A DNA stretch of 64,000 nt from Clostridia bacterium (lineage in GTDB: Bacteria; Bacillota; Clostridia; TANB77; CAG-465). A model generated the notes under the pieces. The model searched no databases and was not told the origin of the DNA. It worked only from the letters and a program-made list of their open reading frames with translations. Shown here in pieces: positions 1 through 9,551 of the stretch. The stretch is from positions 7,831-71,830 of the forward strand of contig JBJEXW010000037.1 in assembly GCA_051886195.1 (NCBI GenBank), read 5' to 3'. The translations under genes and the position numbers were made by a program. Position 1 is the first letter of the stretch. Every line of letters begins with the position of its first letter.

Positions 1-96
1 TGAAAGCCCCCTTTTTTTATTCGAATAAATCAATTACTCGTATATTTTAACATAATTATTTCAAATAATCAAGTTTTATTAAAATAATTTAGCAAA

Positions 97-128
97 AAAT
101 AAGGTAATTAATAAAAATTACCTTATTT
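97..128 (-). terminator. putative terminator hairpin downstream of pyk
   Basis: 13-bp AT-rich stem AAATAAGGTAATT (97-109) / AATTACCTTATTT (116-128), directly downstream of the pyk stop on the minus strand. The flanking A/T runs are short. Confidence 0.5.
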
Positions 129-148
129 TAACTAAAATTTATAATAGA

Positions 149-1597
149 TTAAACTCTAACAATTTTTCCAGTTATTTGATCTTCAAGAGAAGTTCCATTT
201 AAAAATCCACCGCTAAGTACTACTGTATCGTTAGTTTTTAGATATTCTTTTTCTTTTAACATTTCTAAACCTTTATTTAGAAGTGTATTGAAATCTTTTT
301 CTCCTTCAACAAGTACTGGAGTAACATTTTGTTCAATAGCCATGTGTCTGTAAGCTTTAACACTTGGAGTTATAACGTATATTGGAGCACCAATTCTAAA
401 GCTTGAAAGAATAGAAGCAGTGTTTCCATCTTCAGAAACAGCAACTACAGCATCTGCATTTGAGAATAATGCTGAACAACATACTGAGAAATTAGCTTGT
501 TTTTTAGCATCTTTATTTTCACAATCACATTCACAAGCTTTTAATAAATTAGATTTTTTAAATCTCTTCCAATAGTTTATTTCTTTTTCTGTTGCGTTTG
601 CTATTCTAGTCATTGTTTCTACACAGTTTAGTGGGTAATCACCTTGTGCAGATTCACCAGAAAGCATTATAGCAGAAGTTCCATCGTAAATTGCGTTAGC
701 AACGTCAGATACTTCGGCTCTTGTTGGTCTTGGGTTGTGTTGCATAGACTCTAACATTTGAGTTGCAGTTACAACTGGTTTACCAGCTTTAATACATTTT
801 TTTATCATCATTTTTTGGGCAGCTGGTACTTCTTCTTCAGGAATTTCAACTCCTAAATCTCCACGAGCAACCATTATTCCGTCAGTAACTTTTAATATTT
901 CATCAAAGTTATCTAAACCTTCTTGGTTTTCAATTTTAGATATTATTTTAATAGAGTTTTTACCGCAAGAGTCTAAATATTCTTTCATTTCAATTACGTC
1001 TTGAGGTTTTCTAATAAATGAAGCAGCAATGAAATCAAAATCATTTTCTACTGCAAATTTTAAATCAGATTTATCTTTTTCAGTCATAGCTTTAAGTTGT
1101 AATTTAGCTCCTGGTACGTTTACACCACGTCTTCCTTTTAAAACTGCTGAGTTTTGGAAAGTACATTTTATTTCATCTCCAGCAATTTCATCAATTAATA
1201 AGTCAACTAAACCATCATCAATTAAGATATGTCCACCAACTTCAACATCTTGTGGAAGTCCTGCATAGTTAACATATAGAAGATCTTTTGTTCCTTCAAC
1301 TTCTTTAGTAGTTAAAGTGATTTTATCTCCTTTAGTAAAACTCATTTTAGTGTTTTGATCTGATCCAAAAGATCCTGTTCTAATTTCTGGTCCTTTAGTA
1401 TCAAGCATGAAAGCAACATTAGTTCCTAGTTCAGCATTAATTTCTCTTAATGTTTTAACTTTTGCTAAGTGTTCTTCATGATCACCATGTGAGAAGTTTA
1501 ATCTCATTACGTTCATTCCAGCTTTAATTAAAGAAGTTAAAACTTCTTTGTTTTGACTAGCTGGCCCAATTGTACAAACAATTTTAGTTTTTTTCAT
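149..1597 (-). CDS. pyk: pyruvate kinase
   Basis: 482-aa ORF. Contains MKKTKIVCTIGPAS, MNVMRLNFSHG, DTKGPEIRTG and MVARGDLGVEIP motifs typical of pyruvate kinase. RBS GGAGATG lies upstream. Confidence 0.95.
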   Translation of the reverse strand: MKKTKIVCTIGPASQNKEVLTSLIKAGMNVMRLNFSHGDHEEHLAKVKTLREINAELGTNVAFMLDTKGPEIRTGSFGSDQNTKMSFTKGDKITLTTKEVEGTKDLLYVNYAGLPQDVEVGGHILIDDGLVDLLIDEIAGDEIKCTFQNSAVLKGRRGVNVPGAKLQLKAMTEKDKSDLKFAVENDFDFIAASFIRKPQDVIEMKEYLDSCGKNSIKIISKIENQEGLDNFDEILKVTDGIMVARGDLGVEIPEEEVPAAQKMMIKKCIKAGKPVVTATQMLESMQHNPRPTRAEVSDVANAIYDGTSAIMLSGESAQGDYPLNCVETMTRIANATEKEINYWKRFKKSNLLKACECDCENKDAKKQANFSVCCSALFSNADAVVAVSEDGNTASILSSFRIGAPIYVITPSVKAYRHMAIEQNVTPVLVEGEKDFNTLLNKGLEMLKEKEYLKTNDTVVLSGGFLNGTSLEDQITGKIVRV

Positions 1598-1755
1598 TTT
1601 TTTACATCTCCTTAACTTCTAATATACAAAATATTTTATTGCTTACTATAAATATTTTGTCTAATGCAATTACTAGTATACATTTTAAGCGATTAAAAGT
1701 CAATATTAAAGAGCGAAAAAAGATGAAAAATAGGGGAATATAATTAATAGAAATA

Positions 1756-1784
1756 TTGAAAAAATAGCCTAAATGTAGTATAAT
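1756..1784 (+). promoter_or_regulatory. sigma-A-type promoter for the E/K-rich protein gene
   Basis: TTGAAA (1756-1761), 17-nt spacer, TATAAT (1779-1784), about 75 nt upstream of the ATG at 1858. Confidence 0.55.
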
Positions 1785-1857
1785 ATTAAACATAATGCTA
1801 ATTTGTTTTTAAATTTGAAGTTTTAAAATGTAGATAATATAAATAGAGGTGCAAGAA

Positions 1858-3780
1858 ATGGGAGTAAAAAATACAGTATTTTTTTTGGACTTGAAAACAT
1901 TAGATAAAAAAATAGATAAAGAATTAAAAGATTTTGCCAAAAGTGAAGAACTAGAAGAAAAAGATGTAGTAAAAATTATATATAATGAAGCTAGAAGAAT
2001 AGGTGAAAAAGATAAAGTAAAAGTTACTTTTAAAATTATTGATGGAGATGAAGACGGATTTAGAGTTATAGTTGAGCCAGCAAGTGTTAAATATAAAGGT
2101 ACAATTATTTATCCTTACGATAGAATTGAATCTGATGATTTTGAATTTAAGCTTGATTCAGTTTGTGGAAAAATCACTTTGTATAATAAGAAAGTAGAAT
2201 GTAGAAAAATAACTGTTACAATAGATAGTGTTGCTTTAGACTTATTTGCTATGAAATATCAAAAGGCAAAAGAATTTCTAAAAGACATAAGTGATAGAAA
2301 AGCTAAAGGTGGATATATTGAATTTCCAGATTCTATTTGTTTTAAACAATTTGGTATAAAACTTAATGCTAAAAAAGAAGATAATGGAGATATTAAAGTT
2401 GATTCACTTGTTGCAAGCATAGATGTATTTAATGAGGAAGAATTCTTCAAAGAGTATTACTTTGAAGAAGAAAAAGAAGAAGAAAAATATGACGTAAATA
2501 TACCTCTTCCAGATGAATACAATTTTGAAAAGAAAAAAGAAAATAATACAGATAAGAGTAAAAAAGAAATAGAAAAAATAGAAAAAGAGATTGAAATTGA
2601 ACTTCCCGAAATTAATTTACCTAGAGATGAAATTAAAGTTGAAGAAAAAGTTGAAGAAAATAAAATAGATGAAAGACAAGCAGAGCTTGATAGAATAAAA
2701 GCAAGACAAGAGGAAGAGCTTGAAAGAGTTAAAGCTAAGCTAAAAAAAGAGCTTGAAGATGAATTAAACAAGAGTATCAAGAAATATGATGAAGAAAATG
2801 CCAAAAGAATAGAATATGAAAAAGAAAAAATAGAAGAAGAAAAAATTGAAGCTCAAATAGAAGAAATACTAATAGATGAAAAAGATAATATAGAAATTGA
2901 AAAAGAACAAAAAGAGGAAAAAGAAGAATTAGAAGAAGTTTCAGAAGAGCTAAATGATGAAAATATATTAGAAGAAATAAACGAACAAGAAAACGTAGAA
3001 GAATTAGAGCAAGAACAAGAAGATGTTAAAGAGGAAATAACTATAGAAATACCTAGAGAAGAAGTAAAAGTAGATTTAAAATCTCAAATGAAAGCTGCTA
3101 TTATAACTGAAAATCAAAAAGAGATTAAAGAACTTGAAAGATTACTTGAAGAAGAAAGAAGACAGCAAGAAATTTTAGAAAATAGAATAAAAGCTAAACT
3201 AGAAGAATTAAAAATTGCTGCAAATGTTAATGATATAAAAAATGAAACTCAGTCCAAAGAAGAAATACAAGTCCAAGACATTACAGAGCCAATAAAAATA
3301 AAAGAGCCAGAAGGTTTTGTATCATATGAAATAGAAAGCTATAAGGGACTTAAAGAACAAGGAAAAGATACATTATCTTTATATTTTGGACAAAATAAAG
3401 CAGATATTAGAAAATATTTTGGTGGCGCTCCAAAAGAGATTAGAGATTATGATGAAATGGAATTATATGATACATTTTATGCATATTATGATGAAGAAGA
3501 TAAATGCACAGGAATTGGTATATATAATCAAGAAATATATAAAGATAAAGTTGCATTGTATTTATTTGGTCAAAATTTAATTACTATGAAATATAGAGAT
3601 ATAGTAAAATTAATTAAGAAAAATGATTATAATGCAATAGAAGATGATGATGGAATAATTTCTTTAAAATATGGTATTTCAGTAGACCCAAAAGAAACTG
3701 CAAATTATAAAGATGAAATAAGTGACGTAATACATATATTCAAAAAAGGTTATTATGATGAAGTTTACGAAAATTTTTAA
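1858..3780 (+). CDS. Glu/Lys-rich coiled-coil protein of unknown function
   Basis: Long ORF. The ATG at 1858 lies 7 nt after AGAGGTG, so it is preferred over the track start at 1849. The protein has a ~200-aa N-terminal domain, a ~270-aa E/K/I-rich low-complexity centre, and a ~150-aa Y/D-rich C-terminal domain. I recognise no family motif. Confidence 0.7.
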   Translation: MGVKNTVFFLDLKTLDKKIDKELKDFAKSEELEEKDVVKIIYNEARRIGEKDKVKVTFKIIDGDEDGFRVIVEPASVKYKGTIIYPYDRIESDDFEFKLDSVCGKITLYNKKVECRKITVTIDSVALDLFAMKYQKAKEFLKDISDRKAKGGYIEFPDSICFKQFGIKLNAKKEDNGDIKVDSLVASIDVFNEEEFFKEYYFEEEKEEEKYDVNIPLPDEYNFEKKKENNTDKSKKEIEKIEKEIEIELPEINLPRDEIKVEEKVEENKIDERQAELDRIKARQEEELERVKAKLKKELEDELNKSIKKYDEENAKRIEYEKEKIEEEKIEAQIEEILIDEKDNIEIEKEQKEEKEELEEVSEELNDENILEEINEQENVEELEQEQEDVKEEITIEIPREEVKVDLKSQMKAAIITENQKEIKELERLLEEERRQQEILENRIKAKLEELKIAANVNDIKNETQSKEEIQVQDITEPIKIKEPEGFVSYEIESYKGLKEQGKDTLSLYFGQNKADIRKYFGGAPKEIRDYDEMELYDTFYAYYDEEDKCTGIGIYNQEIYKDKVALYLFGQNLITMKYRDIVKLIKKNDYNAIEDDDGIISLKYGISVDPKETANYKDEISDVIHIFKKGYYDEVYENF

Positions 3781-3800
3781 TTATTAAAATAACATAAAAA

Positions 3801-3826
3801 ATACAGGCTTTAAGCCTGTATTTTTT
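3801..3826 (+). terminator. rho-independent terminator
   Basis: Stem ATACAGGCTT / AAGCCTGTAT followed by a T6 run. An A-run precedes it, so it could act in both directions. Confidence 0.8.
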
Positions 3827-3834
3827 AATTCCTA

Positions 3835-3863
3835 TTGACTAGGTAGGAAATAAGTGGTATAAT
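3835..3863 (+). promoter_or_regulatory. sigma-A-type promoter of the suf unit
   Basis: TTGACT (3835-3840), 17-nt spacer, TATAAT (3858-3863). It is bracketed by the inverted repeat CTAGGTAGGAA (3839-3849) / TTCCTACTAG (3863-3872). Confidence 0.65.
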
Positions 3864-3909
3864 TCCTACTAGTTTAATATGAAATATAAAAAGAAGGAGT
3901 ATACAAATA

Positions 3910-4656
3910 ATGGAAAAATTATTAGAAATAAAGGACTTGTATGCAAGTGCTCAAGATAAAGATATATTAAAAGGTTTAAATTTAACTATAAATAAGGGAG
4001 AAGTCCATGTAATAATGGGACCAAATGGAGCAGGAAAATCAACTCTTGCAAATGTTATATTAAATAATCCATTATATTCTAAAAAAAGTGGTGTAATTGA
4101 ATTTGATGGAGAAAATATAAATGAACTAAAAACAAATGAAATTGCTAAAAAAGGTATATTTATGTCATTTCAATCACCAGAAGAAATTCCTGGTATATCT
4201 ACATTAAATTTCTTAAAATATGCAAAAAATAAAGTTTCAGATGAACCTGTAAAATCATTTAAATTTAGATTTATGCTAAAAAAATATATAGATGAATTAA
4301 ATATGAATCCAAAGTTAATAGAAAGAAACCTAAATGTTGGTTTTTCAGGAGGAGAGAAGAAGAAAAATGAAATACTACAAATGTTGGTATTAGAACCTAA
4401 ACTTGCAATTCTTGATGAAACAGATTCAGGACTAGATGTTGATGCAATTAGAATAGTTTCAAAAGGTATAAATATGTATAAAAATGATGAAAATGCTGTA
4501 CTTATTATTACACACAATAATCGTATATTAGAAAATTTAAAAGTAGACTATGTACATATTCTTGTTGATGGAAAAATTGTTAAAACTGGTACTGAAAAAT
4601 TAGCAGAAGAAATTGAAAAAGAAGGATACGAAAAATATAAGAAAGTAGAGGAATAG
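3910..4656 (+). CDS. sufC: Fe-S cluster assembly ATPase SufC
   Basis: Walker A GPNGAGKST, signature FSGGEKKKNEILQ, Walker B ILDETDSGLD. The 248-aa length and the position ahead of sufB/sufD also fit. Confidence 0.95.
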   Translation: MEKLLEIKDLYASAQDKDILKGLNLTINKGEVHVIMGPNGAGKSTLANVILNNPLYSKKSGVIEFDGENINELKTNEIAKKGIFMSFQSPEEIPGISTLNFLKYAKNKVSDEPVKSFKFRFMLKKYIDELNMNPKLIERNLNVGFSGGEKKKNEILQMLVLEPKLAILDETDSGLDVDAIRIVSKGINMYKNDENAVLIITHNNRILENLKVDYVHILVDGKIVKTGTEKLAEEIEKEGYEKYKKVEE

Positions 4657-4658
4657 TA

Positions 4659-6062
4659 ATGGCATCAAAAACAAATGTAGATGATATAAATAGAAATATC
4701 TATGATATAAAAGATAAAGACAATTATGAGTTTAAAATGCAAAAAGGCTTAAGCAGAGAAATTGTTGAAGAAATATCTAAAAAGAAAAATGAGCCTGATT
4801 GGATGTTAGAAATTAGATTAAAAGCTTTAGATATGTATAACAAATTAGAGCTTCCAACTTGGGGACCAGATTTGTCAGAATTAAAAATGGATGAAATAGC
4901 TACCTATGTTAAGCCTAAAACAAATTTAAATACTTCATGGGATGATGTACCAGAAGATATTAAAAATACTTTTGATAGATTAGGTATTCCTGAAGCTGAA
5001 AAAAAGTCTTTAGCTGGAGTTGGAGCACAATATGATTCAGAAGTAGTATATCATAGTATAAAAGAAGATTTAATAAAACAAGGGGTAATTTATACAGATA
5101 TGGAAACTGCTGTAAGAGAATATCCTGAAATTGTAAAGGAACATTTTATGAAATGTGTTCCAATTAATGACCATAAATTCGTGGCATTACATGCTGCTGT
5201 TTGGTCAGGAGGTTCTTTTGTATATGTTCCAGAAAATGTTAAATTAGATGTTCCATTACAATCATATTTTAGACTTAACTCTCCAGAGTCAGGTCAGTTT
5301 GAACATACTTTAATTATAGTAGAAAAAGGAGCAAAACTTCATTTTATAGAGGGATGTAGTGCACCTAAGTATAATAAAGTAAATTTACATGCTGGATGTG
5401 TAGAGTTATATGTAAAAGATGATGCATACTTAAGATATTCAACAATTGAAAATTGGTCAAAAAATATGATGAACTTAAATACAAAAAAAGCAATAGTAGG
5501 AAAGAATGCTCAAATTGATTGGGTAACAGGCTCTTTTGGATCAAAAGTTTCTATGCTATATCCAATGAGTATCTTAAATGGTGAAGGAGCAAAAACTGAG
5601 TATACAGGTATTACATTTGCTGGTGAAGGACAAGATTTAGATACTGGATTTAAAGTTATACATAACGCACCAAATACTTCATCTGTTGTTAATTCAAAAT
5701 CAATATCTAAAAATGGTGGAGCATGTACATATAGAGCTTTAGTTAGAGTAGCCTCTAATGCAAAAGGAGCTAAATGCAGCGTAAGTTGTGAATCTTTAAT
5801 GTTAGACGATATTTCTCGTTCCGATACTATTCCTGTTAATGATATACAAACTGATGAGGTTGAATTCTCACATGAAGCAAAGATAGGAAAAATTAGTGAC
5901 AAAGAAATATTTTATTTAATGTCAAGAGGATTGTCTGAAGAGGATGCAAAAGCTATGATTGTTAGAGGATTTGCTTACCCCGTTTCAAAAGAATTACCTG
6001 TTGAATATGCTGTTGAGATGAACAACTTAATTAATATAGAGTTAGAAGGGAGTATTGGATAA
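4659..6062 (+). CDS. sufB: Fe-S cluster assembly protein SufB
   Basis: 467 aa. The C-terminal half (HxAKIGKISDKEIFYLMSRGLSEEDAKAMIVRGF) is typical of SufB. The gene follows sufC after a 2-nt gap. Confidence 0.95.
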   Translation: MASKTNVDDINRNIYDIKDKDNYEFKMQKGLSREIVEEISKKKNEPDWMLEIRLKALDMYNKLELPTWGPDLSELKMDEIATYVKPKTNLNTSWDDVPEDIKNTFDRLGIPEAEKKSLAGVGAQYDSEVVYHSIKEDLIKQGVIYTDMETAVREYPEIVKEHFMKCVPINDHKFVALHAAVWSGGSFVYVPENVKLDVPLQSYFRLNSPESGQFEHTLIIVEKGAKLHFIEGCSAPKYNKVNLHAGCVELYVKDDAYLRYSTIENWSKNMMNLNTKKAIVGKNAQIDWVTGSFGSKVSMLYPMSILNGEGAKTEYTGITFAGEGQDLDTGFKVIHNAPNTSSVVNSKSISKNGGACTYRALVRVASNAKGAKCSVSCESLMLDDISRSDTIPVNDIQTDEVEFSHEAKIGKISDKEIFYLMSRGLSEEDAKAMIVRGFAYPVSKELPVEYAVEMNNLINIELEGSIG

Positions 6063-7108
6063 TGGAAATAAAAGTAAATGAAACTCCTGTAAGAACATCA
6101 AGAAACTTTAGAATAAATAATATAAAATTAGATAATATTAATATACCAGAAGAAAGCGTTGAATTTAAAAAAGTAAATGTCATTTCAGAAGACGTATTAG
6201 TTAGCGAAGATGTTTCAAAAATTCCTCTTACATATGGAAATGGTAGTTTTTTAGAGAATAATGTGGAAAACTATGCAAATAATACACTAAAAATAGTAAC
6301 AAATAAAAATAAAAAAGATGTTAAGATTATTTATACATTAGATAGTGAAAATAAAACACTAATTAATAATTTAGAAATAGTTGCAAATCATGATGTAAAT
6401 GTGACAATTATGTATAAGTCAAATACTAATGAAGAATGTTTTCATAATGGTATTATTAGATTATTTGCAAATGAAAATGTAAAAGTAAACATAGAAATAA
6501 TTAATCTATTAAATAACAATACATATAATTTTGATTCAATAGAAAATAAAATATATAGTAATTCAAATGTTAGATATACAATTATAGATTTAGGTGGAAA
6601 ATATAGTGTTTCAAACTATTATTCAGATATAATTGGAGAAAATGCTAAAAACGATTTAAAGACTATATATTTAGGTATAGATAATCAAGTAAAAGATATT
6701 AATTATATAGCACATCTTAAAGGAGAAAATACAAGTATAGATATTGACGTTCAAGGAACGCTTAAAGATACATCAAAAAAGAATTTTAAAGGAACAATAG
6801 ACTTTAAAAAAGGATGTAAGGGAGCAAAGGGAGATGAGAATGAATTTTGCATGTTACTTTCTCCAACAGCTAAATCTTTAGCTTTACCTATGTTACTATG
6901 TACAGAATCTGATGTGGAAGGAAATCATTCAACTGCCTCTGGAAAAGTAGATGAAAAGTCATTATTCTATATTATGAGTAGAGGATTTTCTGAAAATGAA
7001 GCAATAAAATTAATTGTAAGAGCAAGATTTAACAAAATAATAGAAAGAATAAAAGATGAGGAAGTTAAGAAATTTGTCTTAGAAGAATTAGATAATAGAT
7101 TAGGATAA
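6062..7108 (+). CDS. sufD: Fe-S cluster assembly protein SufD
   Basis: 348 aa. It carries a SufB/D-type C-terminus (GNHSTASGKVDEKSLFYIMSRGFSENEAIKLIVRARF) and overlaps the sufB stop by 1 nt. Confidence 0.85.
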   Translation: MEIKVNETPVRTSRNFRINNIKLDNINIPEESVEFKKVNVISEDVLVSEDVSKIPLTYGNGSFLENNVENYANNTLKIVTNKNKKDVKIIYTLDSENKTLINNLEIVANHDVNVTIMYKSNTNEECFHNGIIRLFANENVKVNIEIINLLNNNTYNFDSIENKIYSNSNVRYTIIDLGGKYSVSNYYSDIIGENAKNDLKTIYLGIDNQVKDINYIAHLKGENTSIDIDVQGTLKDTSKKNFKGTIDFKKGCKGAKGDENEFCMLLSPTAKSLALPMLLCTESDVEGNHSTASGKVDEKSLFYIMSRGFSENEAIKLIVRARFNKIIERIKDEEVKKFVLEELDNRLG

Positions 7109-7127
7109 AAATGGAGGAAGTAAATCT

Positions 7128-7841
7128 ATGCAGTGTATTAGATTACCACTTAAAGGTGCAATAAACACTAGAGATCTTGGAGGATATTGCACAAAAGATG
7201 GAAAAGTCACTAAATTTAATGTTTTTGTAAGAAGTAATAGACTTACGGAATTAACATATGAAGATAATGAATTCTTAAGAAAATATAATATTACAGATAT
7301 AATAGATTTAAGAGGAAATACTAACATACAATCTTCTTTTATTAGTGATGACAATATAAATAAAGATTATTTTAATTTACATTATATACCTCTTTCTAAT
7401 ATAGAAATTGAACAATATGTTAAAGAAAATTCTCAAACTAAAGAGTTTAATTATGGTATAGGATATAGTTATTTGCTTAAAAATAAAGAAAAAATTAAAA
7501 AAATATTTAAAGTATTGATAAATTCAGAAGGTGGAGTATTATTTCATTGTAGTGCGGGAAAAGATAGAACAGGCGTAATTGCAGCTTTAATATTAGGTAT
7601 TTGTAATGTAAATCAACTAGACATTATTGCAAATTATCAAGTTACTAGTACGTATATGAAAGATGAAGAGATAATGAAAGGATATGATGACAATTTACAA
7701 AAATCAGATGCAAATTATATGGATACATTTATAAAAATACTATATAAACAGTATGGAAGTTTTGAAAATTATCTTTTAAGTTGTGACATATTAAAAGAAG
7801 AAATAAACAGACTTAAGAATAAATTTTGTGAAAAAATATAA
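7128..7841 (+). CDS. tyrosine-protein phosphatase family protein (Y_phosphatase3-like)
   Basis: N-terminal NTRDLGG motif and CX5R P-loop HCSAGKDRTG. RBS GGAGG lies 7 nt upstream. Confidence 0.8.
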   Translation: MQCIRLPLKGAINTRDLGGYCTKDGKVTKFNVFVRSNRLTELTYEDNEFLRKYNITDIIDLRGNTNIQSSFISDDNINKDYFNLHYIPLSNIEIEQYVKENSQTKEFNYGIGYSYLLKNKEKIKKIFKVLINSEGGVLFHCSAGKDRTGVIAALILGICNVNQLDIIANYQVTSTYMKDEEIMKGYDDNLQKSDANYMDTFIKILYKQYGSFENYLLSCDILKEEINRLKNKFCEKI

Positions 7842-7847
7842 AAAAGG

Positions 7848-9083
7848 ATGGATAGATTAATGAATATAAATGATATAAAAAAAGATTTTCCAATATTAAT
7901 GAACAATAACATAGCATACTTAGATAGTGGAGCTACTACTCAAAAACCCAGAGAAGTTTTAGAGAAAATAGAAACTTATTATAAATCTCAAAATGCAAAT
8001 CCACATAGAGGTGCATATAGCTTGAGTATTGAAGCAACTAGAGTATATGAAGAAACTAGAGAAAAAGTTGCTATGTTTATTAATGCTAAAACTTCTTCAC
8101 AAGTTATATTTACTAAAAATGCAAGTGAATCTTTAAACTTAATTGCATATTCTTATGGATTAGAAAATTTAAATGAAAATGATGAAGTAGTTTTAAGTAT
8201 TATGGAACATCATTCAAATTTAGTTCCATGGCAATTTGTAACAAAGAAAACAAAAAGTAAATTAAAATATATGTATATTAACGACGACTTTGAACTAACA
8301 GATGAGGAAATAAAAAATAAAATAACAGATAGAACGAAGATTGTTGGTATAACACATGTATCTAACGTTACAGGAACTATTAATAATGTAAAAGAAATTA
8401 TAGAATATGCACATAAAAAGGGAGCAATTGTTGTTCTTGATGCATCACAAAGTATTCCACATATGAAAGTTGATGTGCAAGAATTAGATGCAGATTTTGT
8501 TGTATTTTCAGGACATAAAATGCTTGCTCCACTTGGTATTGGTGTATTATATGGAAAAAAAGAAATACTAGAAAATATGACTCCGTTTTTAATGGGTGGA
8601 GATATGATAGAGTATGTATATGAACAAGATACAACTTTTGCACCGTTACCAAATAAATTTGAAGCAGGAACACAAAATGTTGGTGGGGTAGTAGGTCTTG
8701 GAGCTGCTATAGATTATATTGAGAAAGTTGGATATAAAAACATAGAAGAGCATGAAAAAGAATTAGTAGAGTATGCTCTTGATAAACTAAAAAAATTAGA
8801 ATATGTTAAATTATATTTAACTCCAAATATTGAGAATCATTCATCAGTAATATCATTTAATATTAAAGGCGTACATCCACATGATGTTGCGAGTATATTG
8901 GATTCACAAGGTGTTTGTGTAAGAAGTGGAAATCATTGTGCACAACCATTAATGAGATATTTAGGTATTGATTCAACATGTAGAGCAAGCTTTTATTTAT
9001 ATAATACTAGAGAAGATGTAAATAGACTAGTAGAGGCTATAAAAAAAGCATATAAAATGTTTGAAAAATATATTAAAAATTAA
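7848..9083 (+). CDS. sufS: cysteine desulfurase SufS (class II)
   Basis: PLP-lysine context FSGHKMLAPLGIGVLYG and active-site RSGNHCAQPL. Length is 411 aa. Confidence 0.9.
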   Translation: MDRLMNINDIKKDFPILMNNNIAYLDSGATTQKPREVLEKIETYYKSQNANPHRGAYSLSIEATRVYEETREKVAMFINAKTSSQVIFTKNASESLNLIAYSYGLENLNENDEVVLSIMEHHSNLVPWQFVTKKTKSKLKYMYINDDFELTDEEIKNKITDRTKIVGITHVSNVTGTINNVKEIIEYAHKKGAIVVLDASQSIPHMKVDVQELDADFVVFSGHKMLAPLGIGVLYGKKEILENMTPFLMGGDMIEYVYEQDTTFAPLPNKFEAGTQNVGGVVGLGAAIDYIEKVGYKNIEEHEKELVEYALDKLKKLEYVKLYLTPNIENHSSVISFNIKGVHPHDVASILDSQGVCVRSGNHCAQPLMRYLGIDSTCRASFYLYNTREDVNRLVEAIKKAYKMFEKYIKN

Positions 9084-9104
9084 TTAAGAAAGGATTGTTT
9101 TTTA

Positions 9105-9551
9105 GTGGATAATTTAGAAGAACTATATAATGACATTATAATGGAACATAGCATGAACTCATATAACAAAAAAGAGCTAGATTCATGTGATTTTTGTGAA
9201 ATGGGACATAATCCAAATTGTGGTGATGAAATAAAACTTGAAGTTAAACTTAATGGCAATTTAATTGAAGATATGGCTTTTACTGGACATGGTTGTGCAA
9301 TTTCTCAGAGTTCTACTTCTGTTATGATTGATGTTTTAAAAGGAAAAACTATAGAACAGGCAAGAGAAATAATAAAGATATTTATTGATATGATAAAAAG
9401 AGAAATTAAAGATGAAGAAGAATTAGAAAAGTTAGAAGATGCAATTGCTTTTAGGAATATTTCAAATATGCCTGCAAGAGTTAAATGTGCTCTTCTTGCT
9501 TGGCATACAATGGAAGACTTATTAGAAAAAAATAAAAAAGGAGAAGATTAA
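9105..9551 (+). CDS. sufU: SufU-type sulfur acceptor/scaffold (IscU-like, Zn type)
   Basis: GTG start. Conserved Cys contexts NPNCGD, GHGCAISQSS and RVKCALLAWH. Length is 148 aa. Confidence 0.85.
   Translation: MDNLEELYNDIIMEHSMNSYNKKELDSCDFCEMGHNPNCGDEIKLEVKLNGNLIEDMAFTGHGCAISQSSTSVMIDVLKGKTIEQAREIIKIFIDMIKREIKDEEELEKLEDAIAFRNISNMPARVKCALLAWHTMEDLLEKNKKGED

Noticed and set aside
1-20. GC-rich motif plus T run (GAAAGCCCCCTTTTTTT) at the window edge
   Set aside because: It is probably the 3' half of a terminator whose 5' arm lies outside the window, so it cannot be evaluated.
1602-1793. 63-aa minus-strand ORF in the pyk / E/K-rich-gene divergent promoter region
   Set aside because: It spans promoter DNA, lacks an RBS, and gives an F/I/L/N-rich translation expected by chance in AT-rich sequence.
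2457-2804. 115-aa Ser/Leu/Phe-rich minus-strand ORF
   Set aside because: It is the mirror image of the GAA/AAA-rich coding strand of the E/K-rich gene. It has no RBS, and its composition is an antisense artefact.
5510-5902. 130-aa minus-strand ORF inside sufB. Similar antisense ORFs occur inside pyk, sufC, sufS, nifS, pyrG, the M50 gene, cadA and others.
   Set aside because: These lie fully inside well-supported conserved genes on the other strand, with no RBS and no recognisable motifs.
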